A DNA stretch of 64,000 bases from Candidatus Giovannonibacteria bacterium RIFOXYD1_FULL_48_21. Its GTDB lineage: Bacteria > Patescibacteriota > Minisyncoccia > JACPKW01 > UBA11713. Positions 20,060 to 29,504 of this stretch are shown here, piece by piece. The stretch spans positions 126,001 through 190,000 of the forward strand of contig MFIU01000001.1 in the NCBI GenBank assembly GCA_001778985.1. The letters are read 5' to 3'. Both the position numbers and the translations under genes were made by a program. Positions within the stretch are counted from its first letter, which is position 1; each line of letters begins with the position of its first letter. The notes below the pieces were generated by a model that was given only the letters and a program-made list of their open reading frames with translations, was not told the origin of the DNA and made no database searches.

Positions 20060-20713
20060 ATGGAAGTGAAAGTTTACAGCCAGGAAGGGAGGGAAGTCAA
20101 AGCCCTGAAAGTGTCAGAGCGGCTGTTCGGCTCCCCTTGGAAGCCCCAATTTGTTCATCAGGTGTGGCTGATGGAAGAGGCGGGAAGGCGGCGGGGCACT
20201 GCGCATACCAAGGACCGGAGCGAAGTTTCCGGCGGCGGCCGGAAACCTTGGCGCCAGAAAGGCACGGGCCGCGCCAGACACGGCTCGATCCGCTCGCCCC
20301 TTTGGATCGGCGGCGGCGTCACCCACGGCCCCCGGACGGCAAAAGTTTACGCGCGAAAGATAAATAAAAAAGCGCGGAGAAAAGCGCTCTTGACCGTCCT
20401 CGCGCAGAAGCTTCGCGATCGGGAAATTTTATTTTTGGAGGACCTGAAGGTTCCCGAAGCTAAAACCAAAAAAGGCCTGGAAATTTTAAAAAAGCTTTCT
20501 AAGATTTCAGGATTCGAAAAAGTTGACCCTAAGGCCAGCACCTTGGTGGTTCTTCCCCGGAAGGATGAGGCCGTCTGGCGGGCGTTTCGGAACATCGGGC
20601 ATATTTCTTTAAGCGAGGCCAGAAATTTGAACATTGCGGACTTGCTCTCGCATAAATTTTTGATTTTTCCAGAGGAAGTCCATCGGGTTTTAGAGGAGAC
20701 TTTTTTGAGATAA
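20060..20713 (+). CDS. rplD: 50S ribosomal protein L4
   Basis: gene order and L4-like sequence. Confidence 0.9.
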   Translation: MEVKVYSQEGREVKALKVSERLFGSPWKPQFVHQVWLMEEAGRRRGTAHTKDRSEVSGGGRKPWRQKGTGRARHGSIRSPLWIGGGVTHGPRTAKVYARKINKKARRKALLTVLAQKLRDREILFLEDLKVPEAKTKKGLEILKKLSKISGFEKVDPKASTLVVLPRKDEAVWRAFRNIGHISLSEARNLNIADLLSHKFLIFPEEVHRVLEETFLR

Positions 20714-20714
20714 T

Positions 20715-20984
20715 ATGGACCAGATTTTAGTGAAGCCGATGGTAAGCGAAAAAAATACCTTACTCTCCAGCCGAGGCGTTTATGTTTTTCAGGTGGAAAA
20801 TGAGGCCAATAAGATCACGATTAAAAAAGCGGTGGAGCGTCTTTATAAGGTGAGGGTTGAGAGAGTCAATTTAGTGAAAGTTTTACCAAAGAAACGAATC
20901 TTGCGGGGCCGGGTTGGGTTTCGTCCCGGCTATAAAAAGGCGCTGGTCTTTTTGGCCGCGGGGCAGAAAATTGATTTAACATGA
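20715..20984 (+). CDS. rplW: 50S ribosomal protein L23
   Basis: MDQILVKPMVSEKNTLL... Confidence 0.9.
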   Translation: MDQILVKPMVSEKNTLLSSRGVYVFQVENEANKITIKKAVERLYKVRVERVNLVKVLPKKRILRGRVGFRPGYKKALVFLAAGQKIDLT

Positions 20985-20985
20985 A

Positions 20986-21094
20986 TCCCGTTAGAAATTC
21001 AACCAAGATTATTATAAGATATTTTGCAGTGAGCGAACTCACCTTTGGTTTTTATAATTGCGGCAAAGGCTTATTAGTAAAATTTCTAACGGGA
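20986..21094. mobile_element. MITE-like TIR element, subtype B copy 1 (109 bp)
   Basis: TIR TCCCGTTAGAAAT / ATTTCTAACGGGA; flanked by direct TGAA (20982-85 and 21095-98); the last A of the element plus TG of the repeat form the rplB ATG. Confidence 0.6.
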
Positions 21095-21921
21095 TGAAAA
21101 CTTATCGCGCCTTCACTCCATCCCGCCGGCAGATGACCGGGATTGAATATAAAAAGATTTTAACTCGTTCCGAACCCGAGAAGAGTTTGACTTTTGGCCG
21201 GAAGAGAGCTTTCGGCCGGTCGAACCAGGGACGGATTACGACCCGTCATAAGGGCGCGGGCGCGAAACGGCTTTGGCGCGAGGTGGATTTTTCTATGGAG
21301 AAAAAAGATATTCCGGCCAAAGTGCTTTCGATTGAATATGACCCCAACCGCACCGCCTTCATCGGTCTCGCGGCCTACCGCGACGGTGCGAAGCGCTACC
21401 TGGTTTTGCCCTCCGGCGTCGGCGTCGGCGATGAAATTTTAACTTCTGAAAAAGCGCCGCTGAAGCGCGGCAACCGCTTGCCTCTTAAAAATATTCCGGT
21501 CGGCAGTCAGGTCTATAATATAGAAGTTTATCCCGGCGGCGGAGCCAAACTGGTCAGGGGCGCGGGAACCTTCGCCCAGATTCTGGCGCAGGACGCGCCC
21601 ATAACTTTGCTTAAACTTCCTTCCGGGGAGATTCGAAAATTACAGGATCGCGCTTGGGCGTCTTTGGGCCAGGTTTCGAATCAGGACGCGAATTTGGTGG
21701 TGATTGGAAAAGCCGGACGTTCGCGCTGGCTCGGCATCAGGCCCACGGTTCGCGGCTCAGCCATGAACCCCGTGGATCATCCCTATGGGGGCGGCGAAGG
21801 CCGGGCGCTCCGAGGCACCAGGCGCCCTAAAAACAAGTGGGGCAAGGGGGGGCGGGGAGTGAAAACCCGTTCCAGAAAGAAGTGGTCGGCGAGTCTGATT
21901 GTTGCGAGAAGAACGAAATAA
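21094..21921 (+). CDS. rplB: 50S ribosomal protein L2
   Basis: [14 protein letters not shown]...; start placed at the Met immediately after the element (the ORF track starts inside the element at 21058). Confidence 0.9.
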   Translation: MKTYRAFTPSRRQMTGIEYKKILTRSEPEKSLTFGRKRAFGRSNQGRITTRHKGAGAKRLWREVDFSMEKKDIPAKVLSIEYDPNRTAFIGLAAYRDGAKRYLVLPSGVGVGDEILTSEKAPLKRGNRLPLKNIPVGSQVYNIEVYPGGGAKLVRGAGTFAQILAQDAPITLLKLPSGEIRKLQDRAWASLGQVSNQDANLVVIGKAGRSRWLGIRPTVRGSAMNPVDHPYGGGEGRALRGTRRPKNKWGKGGRGVKTRSRKKWSASLIVARRTK

Positions 21922-21922
21922 T

Positions 21923-22249
21923 ATGGCGCGCTCTCTTAAAAAAGGTCCCTGGGTTGACCCCAAACTTTTAAAAAAAATCTCCCGCCTTGGGCGGGGCGAT
22001 AGAAGTGCGATTAAAACTTGGTCCCGGGCTTCCCAGATTTCTCCGGAGATGGTTGGTTTTACCTTTGGAGTTCATAACGGCCGCGAGTTTATCCCGGTGA
22101 CGGTCACTGAAGAAATGGTGGGACACCGCCTGGGAGAGTTTTCGCTCACTCGAAAATTTGTCAGACACGGCGGCAAGATGCAGCGGGAGCTCGAAGCCCA
22201 AGCGAAAAGCGCCGAAGTCCCTGCGGCCGCTCCCCCTGCCAAGAAATGA
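21923..22249 (+). CDS. rpsS: 30S ribosomal protein S19 (C-terminal Ala/Pro-rich extension)
   Basis: [18 protein letters not shown]...GHRLGEFS. Confidence 0.9.
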   Translation: MARSLKKGPWVDPKLLKKISRLGRGDRSAIKTWSRASQISPEMVGFTFGVHNGREFIPVTVTEEMVGHRLGEFSLTRKFVRHGGKMQRELEAQAKSAEVPAAAPPAKK

Positions 22250-22593
22250 ATTCCATGAAAGAAGTCCCAGCTCAATTGAATTATCTAAGGATGTCTCCAC
22301 GGAAGGTGCGCGAGGTGGCTGACGTGATTCGAGGGCGTCCGGTCCAGGCCGCCCAGGAATATCTGAAATTTTTGTCCAAATCTCCCCGAGCGCCGCTCGA
22401 GAAGCTGTTGAAGTCGGCCGTCCACAACGCTAAACATAATTACGGACTCGAACCGGAGAAATTATTTATCAAAGAGCTTCGGGTGGATGGGGGCCCGACT
22501 TTGAAGCGCCAGATGCCGCGGGCTTTTGGCCGAGCTTTTCCCATTCGAAAACGCTCGAGTCACATCACCCTGGTTTTAGGAGAGAAAATATGA
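22246..22593 (+). CDS. rplV: 50S ribosomal protein L22
   Basis: L22 pattern; ATGA overlap with rpsS. Confidence 0.9.
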   Translation: MNSMKEVPAQLNYLRMSPRKVREVADVIRGRPVQAAQEYLKFLSKSPRAPLEKLLKSAVHNAKHNYGLEPEKLFIKELRVDGGPTLKRQMPRAFGRAFPIRKRSSHITLVLGEKI

Positions 22594-23243
22594 GTCATAC
22601 CGTGCATCCTTATTCATTTCGAATTGGCGTCATTAGGGATTGGAAATCTCGCTGGTTTCACGGCCGGGCCTCCTATCAGCGGACTTTAAAAGCTGATGTG
22701 ATTTTACGCGCCTGGTTGGAAGAGCGGCTTCGCGGCCGATATGTGGCCGAGATTGAAATCGAGCGCGGCCGGAACGAGCTAAATTTGATTCTAAAAACCT
22801 CGCGGCCGGGACTGCTCATCGGCCGGGGCGGAGAAGGAGTTGAAAAACTGAAAAAAGAGATTTTGACCTACGCCCAGAAACAGAAGCTCGAACTGCCCAA
22901 GAGTTTCAAGGTCACGGTTCAGGAGATTAAAGCGCCGGAAACCCACGCCAAGATTGTCGCCCAGATGATAGCGGAGGATTTGGAAAAAAGAGTTAATTTC
23001 CGGCGGGCCCTGAACCAGTCTTTGGATAAAATTATGGCCAACAAAGAAGTGAAGGGCGCCAAAGTCGCCCTCTCCGGAAGATTGGACGGCGCGGAGATGG
23101 CCCGCTATGAATGGTCCAAGCGGGGGCAGGTGCCGCTGACTACTTTGCGGGCGGATATCGATTTTGCGAAAGAGCGAGCGCACCTTCCGTACGGAGATAT
23201 CGGGATTAAAGTCTGGATTTATAAAGGCGAAAAATTTTCTTAA
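22590..23243 (+). CDS. rpsC: 30S ribosomal protein S3
   Basis: KH domain LLIGRGGEGVEKLKKEI. Confidence 0.9.
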   Translation: MSHTVHPYSFRIGVIRDWKSRWFHGRASYQRTLKADVILRAWLEERLRGRYVAEIEIERGRNELNLILKTSRPGLLIGRGGEGVEKLKKEILTYAQKQKLELPKSFKVTVQEIKAPETHAKIVAQMIAEDLEKRVNFRRALNQSLDKIMANKEVKGAKVALSGRLDGAEMARYEWSKRGQVPLTTLRADIDFAKERAHLPYGDIGIKVWIYKGEKFS

Positions 23244-23246
23244 TCC

Positions 23247-23660
23247 ATGCTTTTTCCAAAAAAAGTTAAATATAGAAAGTGGCAGAGGCTTCGCGGACAG
23301 TTCAAGGGCACAGAAAGCCGCGGGACCAAGGTGGCTTTTGGCAGCGCCGGGATTAAGGCTTTGGAATCCGGACGCATCAACTCCCAGCAGATTGAAGCCG
23401 GCCGTAAAGTTTTAACCCGCTATGTGGCCAAAGGCGGCAAGATTTGGATTCGCATTTTCCCGGACCAGCCTATAACCCAAAAACCTCCGGAAGTGACCAT
23501 GGGCGCGGGCAAAGGCGACCCGGTAGGCTATGTGGCGGTGGTGAAGCCGGGCCGGATTATTTTCGAGATTGACGGCCTTCCGAAAGAGACCGCCGTCCAA
23601 GCGCTGAAACTGGCCCAAGCCAAGCTTCCGGTCAAAACCAAGCTGGTCTCCAGACGCTAA
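23247..23660 (+). CDS. rplP: 50S ribosomal protein L16
   Basis: [14 protein letters not shown]... Confidence 0.9.
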   Translation: MLFPKKVKYRKWQRLRGQFKGTESRGTKVAFGSAGIKALESGRINSQQIEAGRKVLTRYVAKGGKIWIRIFPDQPITQKPPEVTMGAGKGDPVGYVAVVKPGRIIFEIDGLPKETAVQALKLAQAKLPVKTKLVSRR

Positions 23661-23664
23661 TACC

Positions 23665-23862
23665 ATGAAGACGAAAGAACTTCGCGAAAAATCAAGAGAA
23701 GAATTGCTGAAACTGCTGGAAGATAAGGGAGCTTCGCTTCGCGCTTTTCGGTTTGACCTAAGTTTTAGCAAAACCAAGAATATCAAAGTCGGCCGGAATC
23801 TTAAGAAAGAGATTGCCAGAATTTTAACTCTGCTTAATGAGGAGCAACATGCCAGAAGCTAA
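23665..23862 (+). CDS. rpmC: 50S ribosomal protein L29
   Basis: MKTKELREKSREELLKLLED. Confidence 0.9.
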   Translation: MKTKELREKSREELLKLLEDKGASLRAFRFDLSFSKTKNIKVGRNLKKEIARILTLLNEEQHARS

Positions 23863-24094
23863 GCGCCCGAAAACTTTTAAAGGAGCGGTGGTGTCGGGAA
23901 AACTGCCTAAAACGCGGGTGGTTCAAGTGGACCGTTTCGTGAAAATGGCCAAGTATGGAAAATATCTTAAACGCTCCAAGCGCTTCAAAGCCCACGATGA
24001 AAATAATGAATATAAACTGGGCGACCGGGTTATTATTCAGGAGACGCGCCCGCTCTCAAAAGAAAAAAGGTGGAGGATAATTGCAAAGATATGA
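23849..24094 (+). CDS. rpsQ: 30S ribosomal protein S17
   Basis: ...[25 protein letters not shown]. Confidence 0.85.
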   Translation: MPEAKRPKTFKGAVVSGKLPKTRVVQVDRFVKMAKYGKYLKRSKRFKAHDENNEYKLGDRVIIQETRPLSKEKRWRIIAKI

Positions 24095-24456
24095 TTCAGC
24101 ATCGAACCATGTTAAAAGTTGCCGATAATACCGGAGCCGTGCTGGTCCAGTGCATTAAAGTTTTGGGCGGAACCCGGCGGCGCTGGGCCCAGCTCGGAGA
24201 TATCATCGTGGTCAGCGTGAAGAAGGCGGAGCCGCGGAAAATAGTAAAGAAAAAGGAGGTCTTGCGAGCGGTGGTGGTGCGCCAGAAAAATTCTTACCGC
24301 CGTCAGGATGGCTCCTACCTCCGGTTTGACGATAACGCGGTGGTGATTGTGGACGGCAAAGAGCCCAAGGGCGGCCGGATTTTCGGGCCGGTGCCTCGGG
24401 AACTTCGCGATAAAGGTTTTGTCAAAATTATTTCCTTGGCTCCGGAGGTGGTGTAA
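24091..24456 (+). CDS. rplN: 50S ribosomal protein L14
   Basis: [16 protein letters not shown]; SD GGTGGAGG; ATGA overlap. Confidence 0.9.
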   Translation: MIQHRTMLKVADNTGAVLVQCIKVLGGTRRRWAQLGDIIVVSVKKAEPRKIVKKKEVLRAVVVRQKNSYRRQDGSYLRFDDNAVVIVDGKEPKGGRIFGPVPRELRDKGFVKIISLAPEVV

Positions 24457-24457
24457 T

Positions 24458-24772
24458 ATGGCGTCTCGCATCAAAAAAGGCGATATGGTCAGAATTATTT
24501 CCGGCAAAGATAGAGGCCGGGAGGGGAAGGTAATCAAAGTTTATCCAAAAGAGGAGCGGGTGCTTGTGGAAGGCTTGAATTTAAGGAAACGTCACCGCCG
24601 TCCCAGGAAAGCCGGTGAGAAAGGAAGCGTGGTTGAACTTCCGACGCCTTTTCCTTGGGCGAAAGTAATGCCGAAGTGTCCGGGGTGCGGAAAGCCGGTC
24701 CGGGTCGGCGTAAAAATTTTAGAAGACGGCGGGAGAAAGCGAATTTGTAAGAAATGCGGCTATGAATTTTAA
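24458..24772 (+). CDS. rplX: 50S ribosomal protein L24 with C-terminal CxxC...CxxC zinc-ribbon extension
   Basis: KOW motif GDMVRIISGKDRGREGKV, then CPGCGKP...CKKCGYEF. Confidence 0.85.
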   Translation: MASRIKKGDMVRIISGKDRGREGKVIKVYPKEERVLVEGLNLRKRHRRPRKAGEKGSVVELPTPFPWAKVMPKCPGCGKPVRVGVKILEDGGRKRICKKCGYEF

Positions 24773-25295
24773 GGAAAAATACGACAAAGAAGTTCGTCCG
24801 AAAATCATGAAGCAGCATGGCTATAAGTCTTTCTTGGCGGTGCCGCGCCTGATTAAAATCGTGGTTAACAGCGGCGTGGGAAAGGCTCGGGACGACAAAG
24901 AGAAAGAAACAATCGCCAAGCAGCTTTCCTTGATTGTGGGGCAGAAAGTTCAGGAGCGGCCGGCTAAAAAATCCATCGCTTCCTTCAAAACCCGTCAGGG
25001 CATGATCATCGGTTTTTCGGCCACGCTTCGCGGCCGGCGGATGTATGATTTTCTCTCGCGCCTGGTGGAGGTGGCCTTGCCGCGTTCCCGCGATTTTCGC
25101 GGGATTCCCGAGACGAGCCTGGACGAATCCGGCAACCTCACCCTCGGAATTCGGGAGTATATTGCTTTTCCGGAGATTATCGGGGAAGATATTAAGGCCA
25201 TATTCGGGCTGGAGGCCACTTTGGTCACGAACGCCAAAAGTCGAGAAGCGGCCTTGGAATTATACCGGGAATTAGGCCTGCCTTTTAAGAAATAG
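24762..25295 (+). CDS. rplE: 50S ribosomal protein L5
   Basis: YKSFLAVPRLIKIVVNSGVG. Confidence 0.9.
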   Translation: MNFKEKYDKEVRPKIMKQHGYKSFLAVPRLIKIVVNSGVGKARDDKEKETIAKQLSLIVGQKVQERPAKKSIASFKTRQGMIIGFSATLRGRRMYDFLSRLVEVALPRSRDFRGIPETSLDESGNLTLGIREYIAFPEIIGEDIKAIFGLEATLVTNAKSREAALELYRELGLPFKK

Positions 25296-25296
25296 T

Positions 25297-25482
25297 ATGG
25301 CGAAGACTTCCGTAATTGCGCGCTCAAAGAAAAAACCGAAATTTTCTAGCCGCATCGTCAGGCGCTGTTTTCGCTGCGGCCGGAAACGAGGCTATATGAG
25401 AGATTTTGAATTATGCCGCATCTGCTTTAGGGAGTTGGCTAACGAAGGCGTTATTCCCGGAATTAGGAAATCGAGCTGGTAA
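25297..25482 (+). CDS. rpsZ: 30S ribosomal protein S14 type Z (zinc-binding)
   Basis: 61 aa, CFRCGRKRGYMRDFELCRICFRE. Confidence 0.9.
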   Translation: MAKTSVIARSKKKPKFSSRIVRRCFRCGRKRGYMRDFELCRICFRELANEGVIPGIRKSSW

Positions 25483-25483
25483 G

Positions 25484-25585
25484 CCCCGTTAGAAAATCTA
25501 CATGCAATACTATTCACAAAAAATAAATATCTCTCGCAAAAACTGGTCTTGGTCGCATCAGCTTATTAGAGATTTTCTAACGGGG
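25484..25585. mobile_element. MITE-like TIR element, subtype A copy 1 (102 bp)
   Basis: 16-bp perfect TIR CCCCGTTAGAAAATCT / AGATTTTCTAACGGGG; between the rpsZ stop and the rpsH start. Confidence 0.6.
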
Positions 25586-25590
25586 TAAAT

Positions 25591-25980
25591 ATGGACCCGA
25601 TTGCGGACATGTTAACCCGAATTAAGAACGCCGCCCTTGTTAAAAAGGAGACGGTTTTAGTTCCATATTCCCAGATGAAGTTTGAGATTGCCAATATTTT
25701 GAAAGAGCGAGGCTATATTTCGCTGGTGGAGCGGCGGGGGCGCAAGAACAGAAAGTTTTTGGAACTTGGGCTGGCCTACGAACCGGACGGCTCGCCGCGG
25801 CTGCACGGCGCCAAAAGAGTTTCCAAGCCCTCCCGGCGGATTTACCGCAAAGTAGCGGAAATAAGACCGGTCCGGCGAGGTTTTGGGCTGGCAATTATTT
25901 CCACCCCGAAAGGACTCAAAGGCGACGCCGCCGCTAGGCGCGAGCGGGTCGGCGGCGAAGTTATTTGCGAAATTTGGTAA
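25591..25980 (+). CDS. rpsH: 30S ribosomal protein S8
   Basis: MDPIADMLTRIKNA. Confidence 0.9.
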   Translation: MDPIADMLTRIKNAALVKKETVLVPYSQMKFEIANILKERGYISLVERRGRKNRKFLELGLAYEPDGSPRLHGAKRVSKPSRRIYRKVAEIRPVRRGFGLAIISTPKGLKGDAAARRERVGGEVICEIW

Positions 25981-25984
25981 TTCA

Positions 25985-26086
25985 CCCCGTTAGAAAATCT
26001 ACATGCAATACTATTCACAAAAAATAAATATCTCTCGCAAAAACTGGTCTTGGTCGCATCAGCTTATTAGAGATTTTCTAACGGGG
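25985..26086. mobile_element. MITE-like TIR element, subtype A copy 2 (100% identical to copy 1)
   Basis: identical 102-bp sequence; flanks TAATTCA and TAAATG. Confidence 0.6.
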
Positions 26087-26089
26087 TAA

Positions 26090-26632
26090 ATGTCGCGATT
26101 AGGAAAAAAACCTATTTTGATTCCGAGCGGGGTCGTGGTTAAAATCCAGGGTTCGAAAGTTTCCGTCCAAGGGCCGAAGGGAGAGCTTTCGCGCGATTTT
26201 CGGAATGAGATTTCAATCGAGTCTGACGGTCAAATCGTTAAGCTTGCGCCCCGCGTCCACAGCCGGCTTTCGAAAAAACTTTGGGGCACTTACGTTTCCT
26301 TGATTAAGAACATGTTAAAGGGAGCGAGCGAAGAATTTTCCAAAAAACTTATTTTGGAGGGAATCGGTTACCGGGCCGAGCTCGCCGGCAAAGATTTGGT
26401 TCTCTTTTTGGGATTTTCGCATCCGGTAAAGTTTTCGGCTGAAGCCGGCATTAATTTTCAGGTTGAAAAAAATTTGATAACCGTTTCTGGAATCGATAAA
26501 GAAAAAGTCGGGGCTGCGGCGGCGAGGCTCCGCTCTCTTAAGAAGCCCGATCCTTACAAGGGCAAGGGTATCCGCTACGAGGGCGAGGTTATCCGCAGGA
26601 AGGCCGGCAAGAAAGCGGTCAGCACCACATAA
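26090..26632 (+). CDS. rplF: 50S ribosomal protein L6
   Basis: MSRLGKKPILIPSGVVVKIQG. Confidence 0.9.
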   Translation: MSRLGKKPILIPSGVVVKIQGSKVSVQGPKGELSRDFRNEISIESDGQIVKLAPRVHSRLSKKLWGTYVSLIKNMLKGASEEFSKKLILEGIGYRAELAGKDLVLFLGFSHPVKFSAEAGINFQVEKNLITVSGIDKEKVGAAAARLRSLKKPDPYKGKGIRYEGEVIRRKAGKKAVSTT

Positions 26633-26633
26633 G

Positions 26634-26966
26634 ATGAAATCAAAAAGATTAAGCCATCATCGAAGAATTCGGGCAAAAATTTTCGGAACGGCCGAGCGGC
26701 CGCGCCTGGCGGTTTTCCGTTCTGCGAAGCACCTCGAGGTACAGCTGGTGGACGATGCCCAGCGTAAGACCCTGTGGGGCGCGAAGGATTTAAAGATTAA
26801 AAAAGGCACCAAAACCGAACGCGCCGCCAAATTCGGCGGCGAGGCCGCGAAAGGAATTTTAGCCAAGGGTTATAAAAAAATTGTTTTTGACCGCGGCCGC
26901 TGCCAGTATCAAGGCCGCGTTAAGGTCCTGGCCGAAGCTTTAAGAAAGGGTGGTTTAGAGTTTTGA
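26634..26966 (+). CDS. rplR: 50S ribosomal protein L18
   Basis: RPRLAVFRSAKHLEVQLVDD. Confidence 0.9.
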   Translation: MKSKRLSHHRRIRAKIFGTAERPRLAVFRSAKHLEVQLVDDAQRKTLWGAKDLKIKKGTKTERAAKFGGEAAKGILAKGYKKIVFDRGRCQYQGRVKVLAEALRKGGLEF

Positions 26967-26970
26967 TTCA

Positions 26971-27072
26971 CCCCGTTAGAAAATCTACATGCAATACTAT
27001 TCACAAAAAATAAATATCTCTCGCAAAAACTGGTCTTGGTCGCATCAGCTTATTAGAGATTTTCTAACGGGG
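26971..27072. mobile_element. MITE-like TIR element, subtype A copy 3 (100% identical)
   Basis: identical 102-bp sequence; flanks TGATTCA and TAAATG. Confidence 0.6.
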
Positions 27073-27075
27073 TAA

Positions 27076-27543
27076 ATGGCTGGGCGCAGAGAAAAATCAG
27101 AATTTTCCGAAAAACTTATTGACTTAAGAAGAGTTTCCCGTGTTATGGCTGGCGGCAGACGTTTCAGTTTTCGCGCCACGGTTGTGATAGGAGACAGAAA
27201 GGGTCGGGTGGGGGTCGGCGTCGGCAAAGGGACGCATACCGCTCTGGCTATGGAAAAAGCGGTTAGGGTTGCCAAAAAAAATATGGTGGAAGTTCCGCTC
27301 TCGGAAAACGGCTCGATTCCTTTTGAAGTCCAAGCCAAATACGGCGCCGCCAGGATTATAATGCGCCCGGCCAAAGCGGGGCGGGGGCTTACGGCCGGAG
27401 GCGCGGCGCGGATTGTTCTGGAGTTGGCCGGCGTGAGCAACGCCTCGGCCAAGGTCCTTTCCCACACTAAAAATAAAATTTCCAACGCTCGGGCGGCGCT
27501 GGAGGCCTTAAGACATTTAAGATATGCAGCTTCACGAACTTAA
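27076..27543 (+). CDS. rpsE: 30S ribosomal protein S5
   Basis: LIDLRRVSRVMAGGRRFSFRATVVIGD. Confidence 0.9.
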   Translation: MAGRREKSEFSEKLIDLRRVSRVMAGGRRFSFRATVVIGDRKGRVGVGVGKGTHTALAMEKAVRVAKKNMVEVPLSENGSIPFEVQAKYGAARIIMRPAKAGRGLTAGGAARIVLELAGVSNASAKVLSHTKNKISNARAALEALRHLRYAASRT

Positions 27544-27967
27544 ACCTGACAACAAGATGAAAAAGAAAAAACGGGTGGGGCGCGGCGGCAAGCGCGGCAC
27601 TTATTCCGGCCGCGGAATCAAAGGGCAGAAGGCCCGGGCCGGACGCAGGATTCGGCCGGCGTTGCGCGATATCCTTAAAAAATTTCCCAAAAAACGCGGA
27701 TATCGAGTCAAAGTTAAGCCGCGAAGTAGTGCCGTGGTAAATTTGGAGCTTCTTGAAAAAAAGTTTGAGATAAATTCCGAGATTTCTCCCCGGACTTTAT
27801 TCGAGGCCGGGCTCGTCCGAAAAATTTCCGGAAAAATTCCGCAAGTGAAAATATTGGGCCGAGGAAAAATTACAAAAAGTTTCGCGGTTAAAGACTGCTT
27901 TTTCTCCAAAAGCGCGGAAGATGCTATAAAGAAAGCAGGAGGCAGAATATGGAAAAACTCTGGCTGA
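27524..27967 (+). CDS. rplO: 50S ribosomal protein L15 (no L30 gene precedes it)
   Basis: LHELKP...KKKRVGRGGKRGTYSGRG. Confidence 0.9.
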   Translation: MQLHELKPDNKMKKKKRVGRGGKRGTYSGRGIKGQKARAGRRIRPALRDILKKFPKKRGYRVKVKPRSSAVVNLELLEKKFEINSEISPRTLFEAGLVRKISGKIPQVKILGRGKITKSFAVKDCFFSKSAEDAIKKAGGRIWKNSG

Positions 27968-29211
27968 TTTTTAAAGATAAGGACCTGCGGAAGAAAATTC
28001 TTTTCGTATTGGGAGCGCTCGCGGTTTTCCGAATCGCCGCGGCTCTGCCGATTCCCGGAGTCGATCTTTTGCGGCTGAAATCTTTTTTTGAAGGCAACCA
28101 GTTTCTGGGGCTTTTGAATCTTTTCTCCGGAGGCGCCTTGGACAATCTTTCGGTGGTGATGCTGGGGGTCGGCCCCTATATCACTTCTTCAATTATCATG
28201 CAGCTTTTGACCATGATTTTTCCGCGCTTGAAGGAGATGTATCACGAAGAAGGCGAAGAGGGCCGGAGAAGATTCAACCAATATTCGCGCTTTTTAACAG
28301 TTCCTTTGGCGGTTCTGCAGGGTTTCGCGCTTTTGACGCTCTTGGAGCGGCAGGGAGTTTTGGGAGCGCTTTCTTTGCCGGAGCGATTGGTCAATGTCGC
28401 CGTGGTCGCGGCCGGCTCTATTTTTCTGATGTGGCTGGGCGAGCTCATCTCGGAGTATGGAATCGGGAACGGAATTTCGCTTCTGATTTTCGCAGGCATC
28501 GTGTCCGGAGTTCCTGTCTCAATTCAACAGACTTTTTTGGCGTTCGAACCCTCCCAGCTTCCGGTTATTTTAGGATTTCTGGCGGCCGGGCTCGCCATCA
28601 TCGCGGGCGTGGTGATAATAAGCGAGGGAGAGCGGCCGATTCCTGTTTCCTACGCCAAGCGGATTCGCGGCATGAGAATATACGGAGGCGTCTCCACGCA
28701 CCTGCCGCTTCGCGTCAATCAGGCCGGAGTGATTCCGATTATCTTCGCGCTCTCGATTCTTTTGTTTCCGCAGATGCTCATAAACTTCATCGCCCAGAGC
28801 CAGAATGAAATTCTGCGAAGCGTCGCCAACGCCATTTTGGGATTTTTAGGCAGCACTCTTTTTTACAGCTTGGCTTATTTTATTCTGGTTTTTCTCTTTA
28901 CCTACTTTTATACCGCGGTGACTTTTGACCCGGAGCAGATTTCTTCAAACCTGCAGAAAAGCGGGGCTTTTGTGCCCGGAATTCGGCCCGGCCGGCCCAC
29001 TGCGGATTTTCTTTCGAGGGTTTTGACTCGGATTACTTTAATCGGCGCTCTGTTTTTGGGTTTGATTGCGGTTATGCCTCTGGTGATGCAGGCCGCGACC
29101 GGATTGGCGGCGCTCACCATCGGCGGCACCGGCCTTTTGATTGTGGTTTCGGTGGTGCTGGAAACCGTGAAGCAGGTTGAAGCCCAGCTCGTGATGCGGG
29201 AATATGAGTAA
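27949..29211 (+). CDS. secY: preprotein translocase subunit SecY
   Basis: 10 TM helices, position after rplO, SecY motifs. Confidence 0.9.
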   Translation: MEKLWLIFKDKDLRKKILFVLGALAVFRIAAALPIPGVDLLRLKSFFEGNQFLGLLNLFSGGALDNLSVVMLGVGPYITSSIIMQLLTMIFPRLKEMYHEEGEEGRRRFNQYSRFLTVPLAVLQGFALLTLLERQGVLGALSLPERLVNVAVVAAGSIFLMWLGELISEYGIGNGISLLIFAGIVSGVPVSIQQTFLAFEPSQLPVILGFLAAGLAIIAGVVIISEGERPIPVSYAKRIRGMRIYGGVSTHLPLRVNQAGVIPIIFALSILLFPQMLINFIAQSQNEILRSVANAILGFLGSTLFYSLAYFILVFLFTYFYTAVTFDPEQISSNLQKSGAFVPGIRPGRPTADFLSRVLTRITLIGALFLGLIAVMPLVMQAATGLAALTIGGTGLLIVVSVVLETVKQVEAQLVMREYE

Positions 29212-29315
29212 GGATATTCACACCCTCTCTTGAAATAGTCGAACTTTTAGTAGACCTTTTACGTTTAGTTAAGGAGTTACTTGATTTTTTTAAATATTTC
29301 TGATATATTTTTTAC

Positions 29316-29504
29316 ATGACAACTTCCATTCAGGAGAAAAAAATTGAGGAGGCAATAATAAGGGTTTTACAGACAATGATGGCTGACCCGGATTTCGGGT
29401 TGGAACTGCGCCCCGAATTTGAGAGAAAATTAATGAAATCCGCTGCTTCCAGGAAAGCCGGGCACCTTAAAGATTTCAGAGAGGTGCTTGCTTCGCTTTT
29501 GTGA
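29316..29504 (+). CDS. small hypothetical protein (62 aa), possible antitoxin-like partner
   Basis: its stop overlaps the GTG of a RelE/ParE-like remnant (GTGA). Confidence 0.3.
   Translation: MTTSIQEKKIEEAIIRVLQTMMADPDFGLELRPEFERKLMKSAASRKAGHLKDFREVLASLL

Noticed and set aside
25484-27072. Three identical ~102-bp repeats that could be a CRISPR array
   Set aside because: Spacing is 400-900 bp and the intervening 'spacers' are complete ribosomal protein genes. The repeats have terminal inverted repeats and are far longer than CRISPR repeats. No cas genes are present (the Cas4-like ORF at 35077 is solo).
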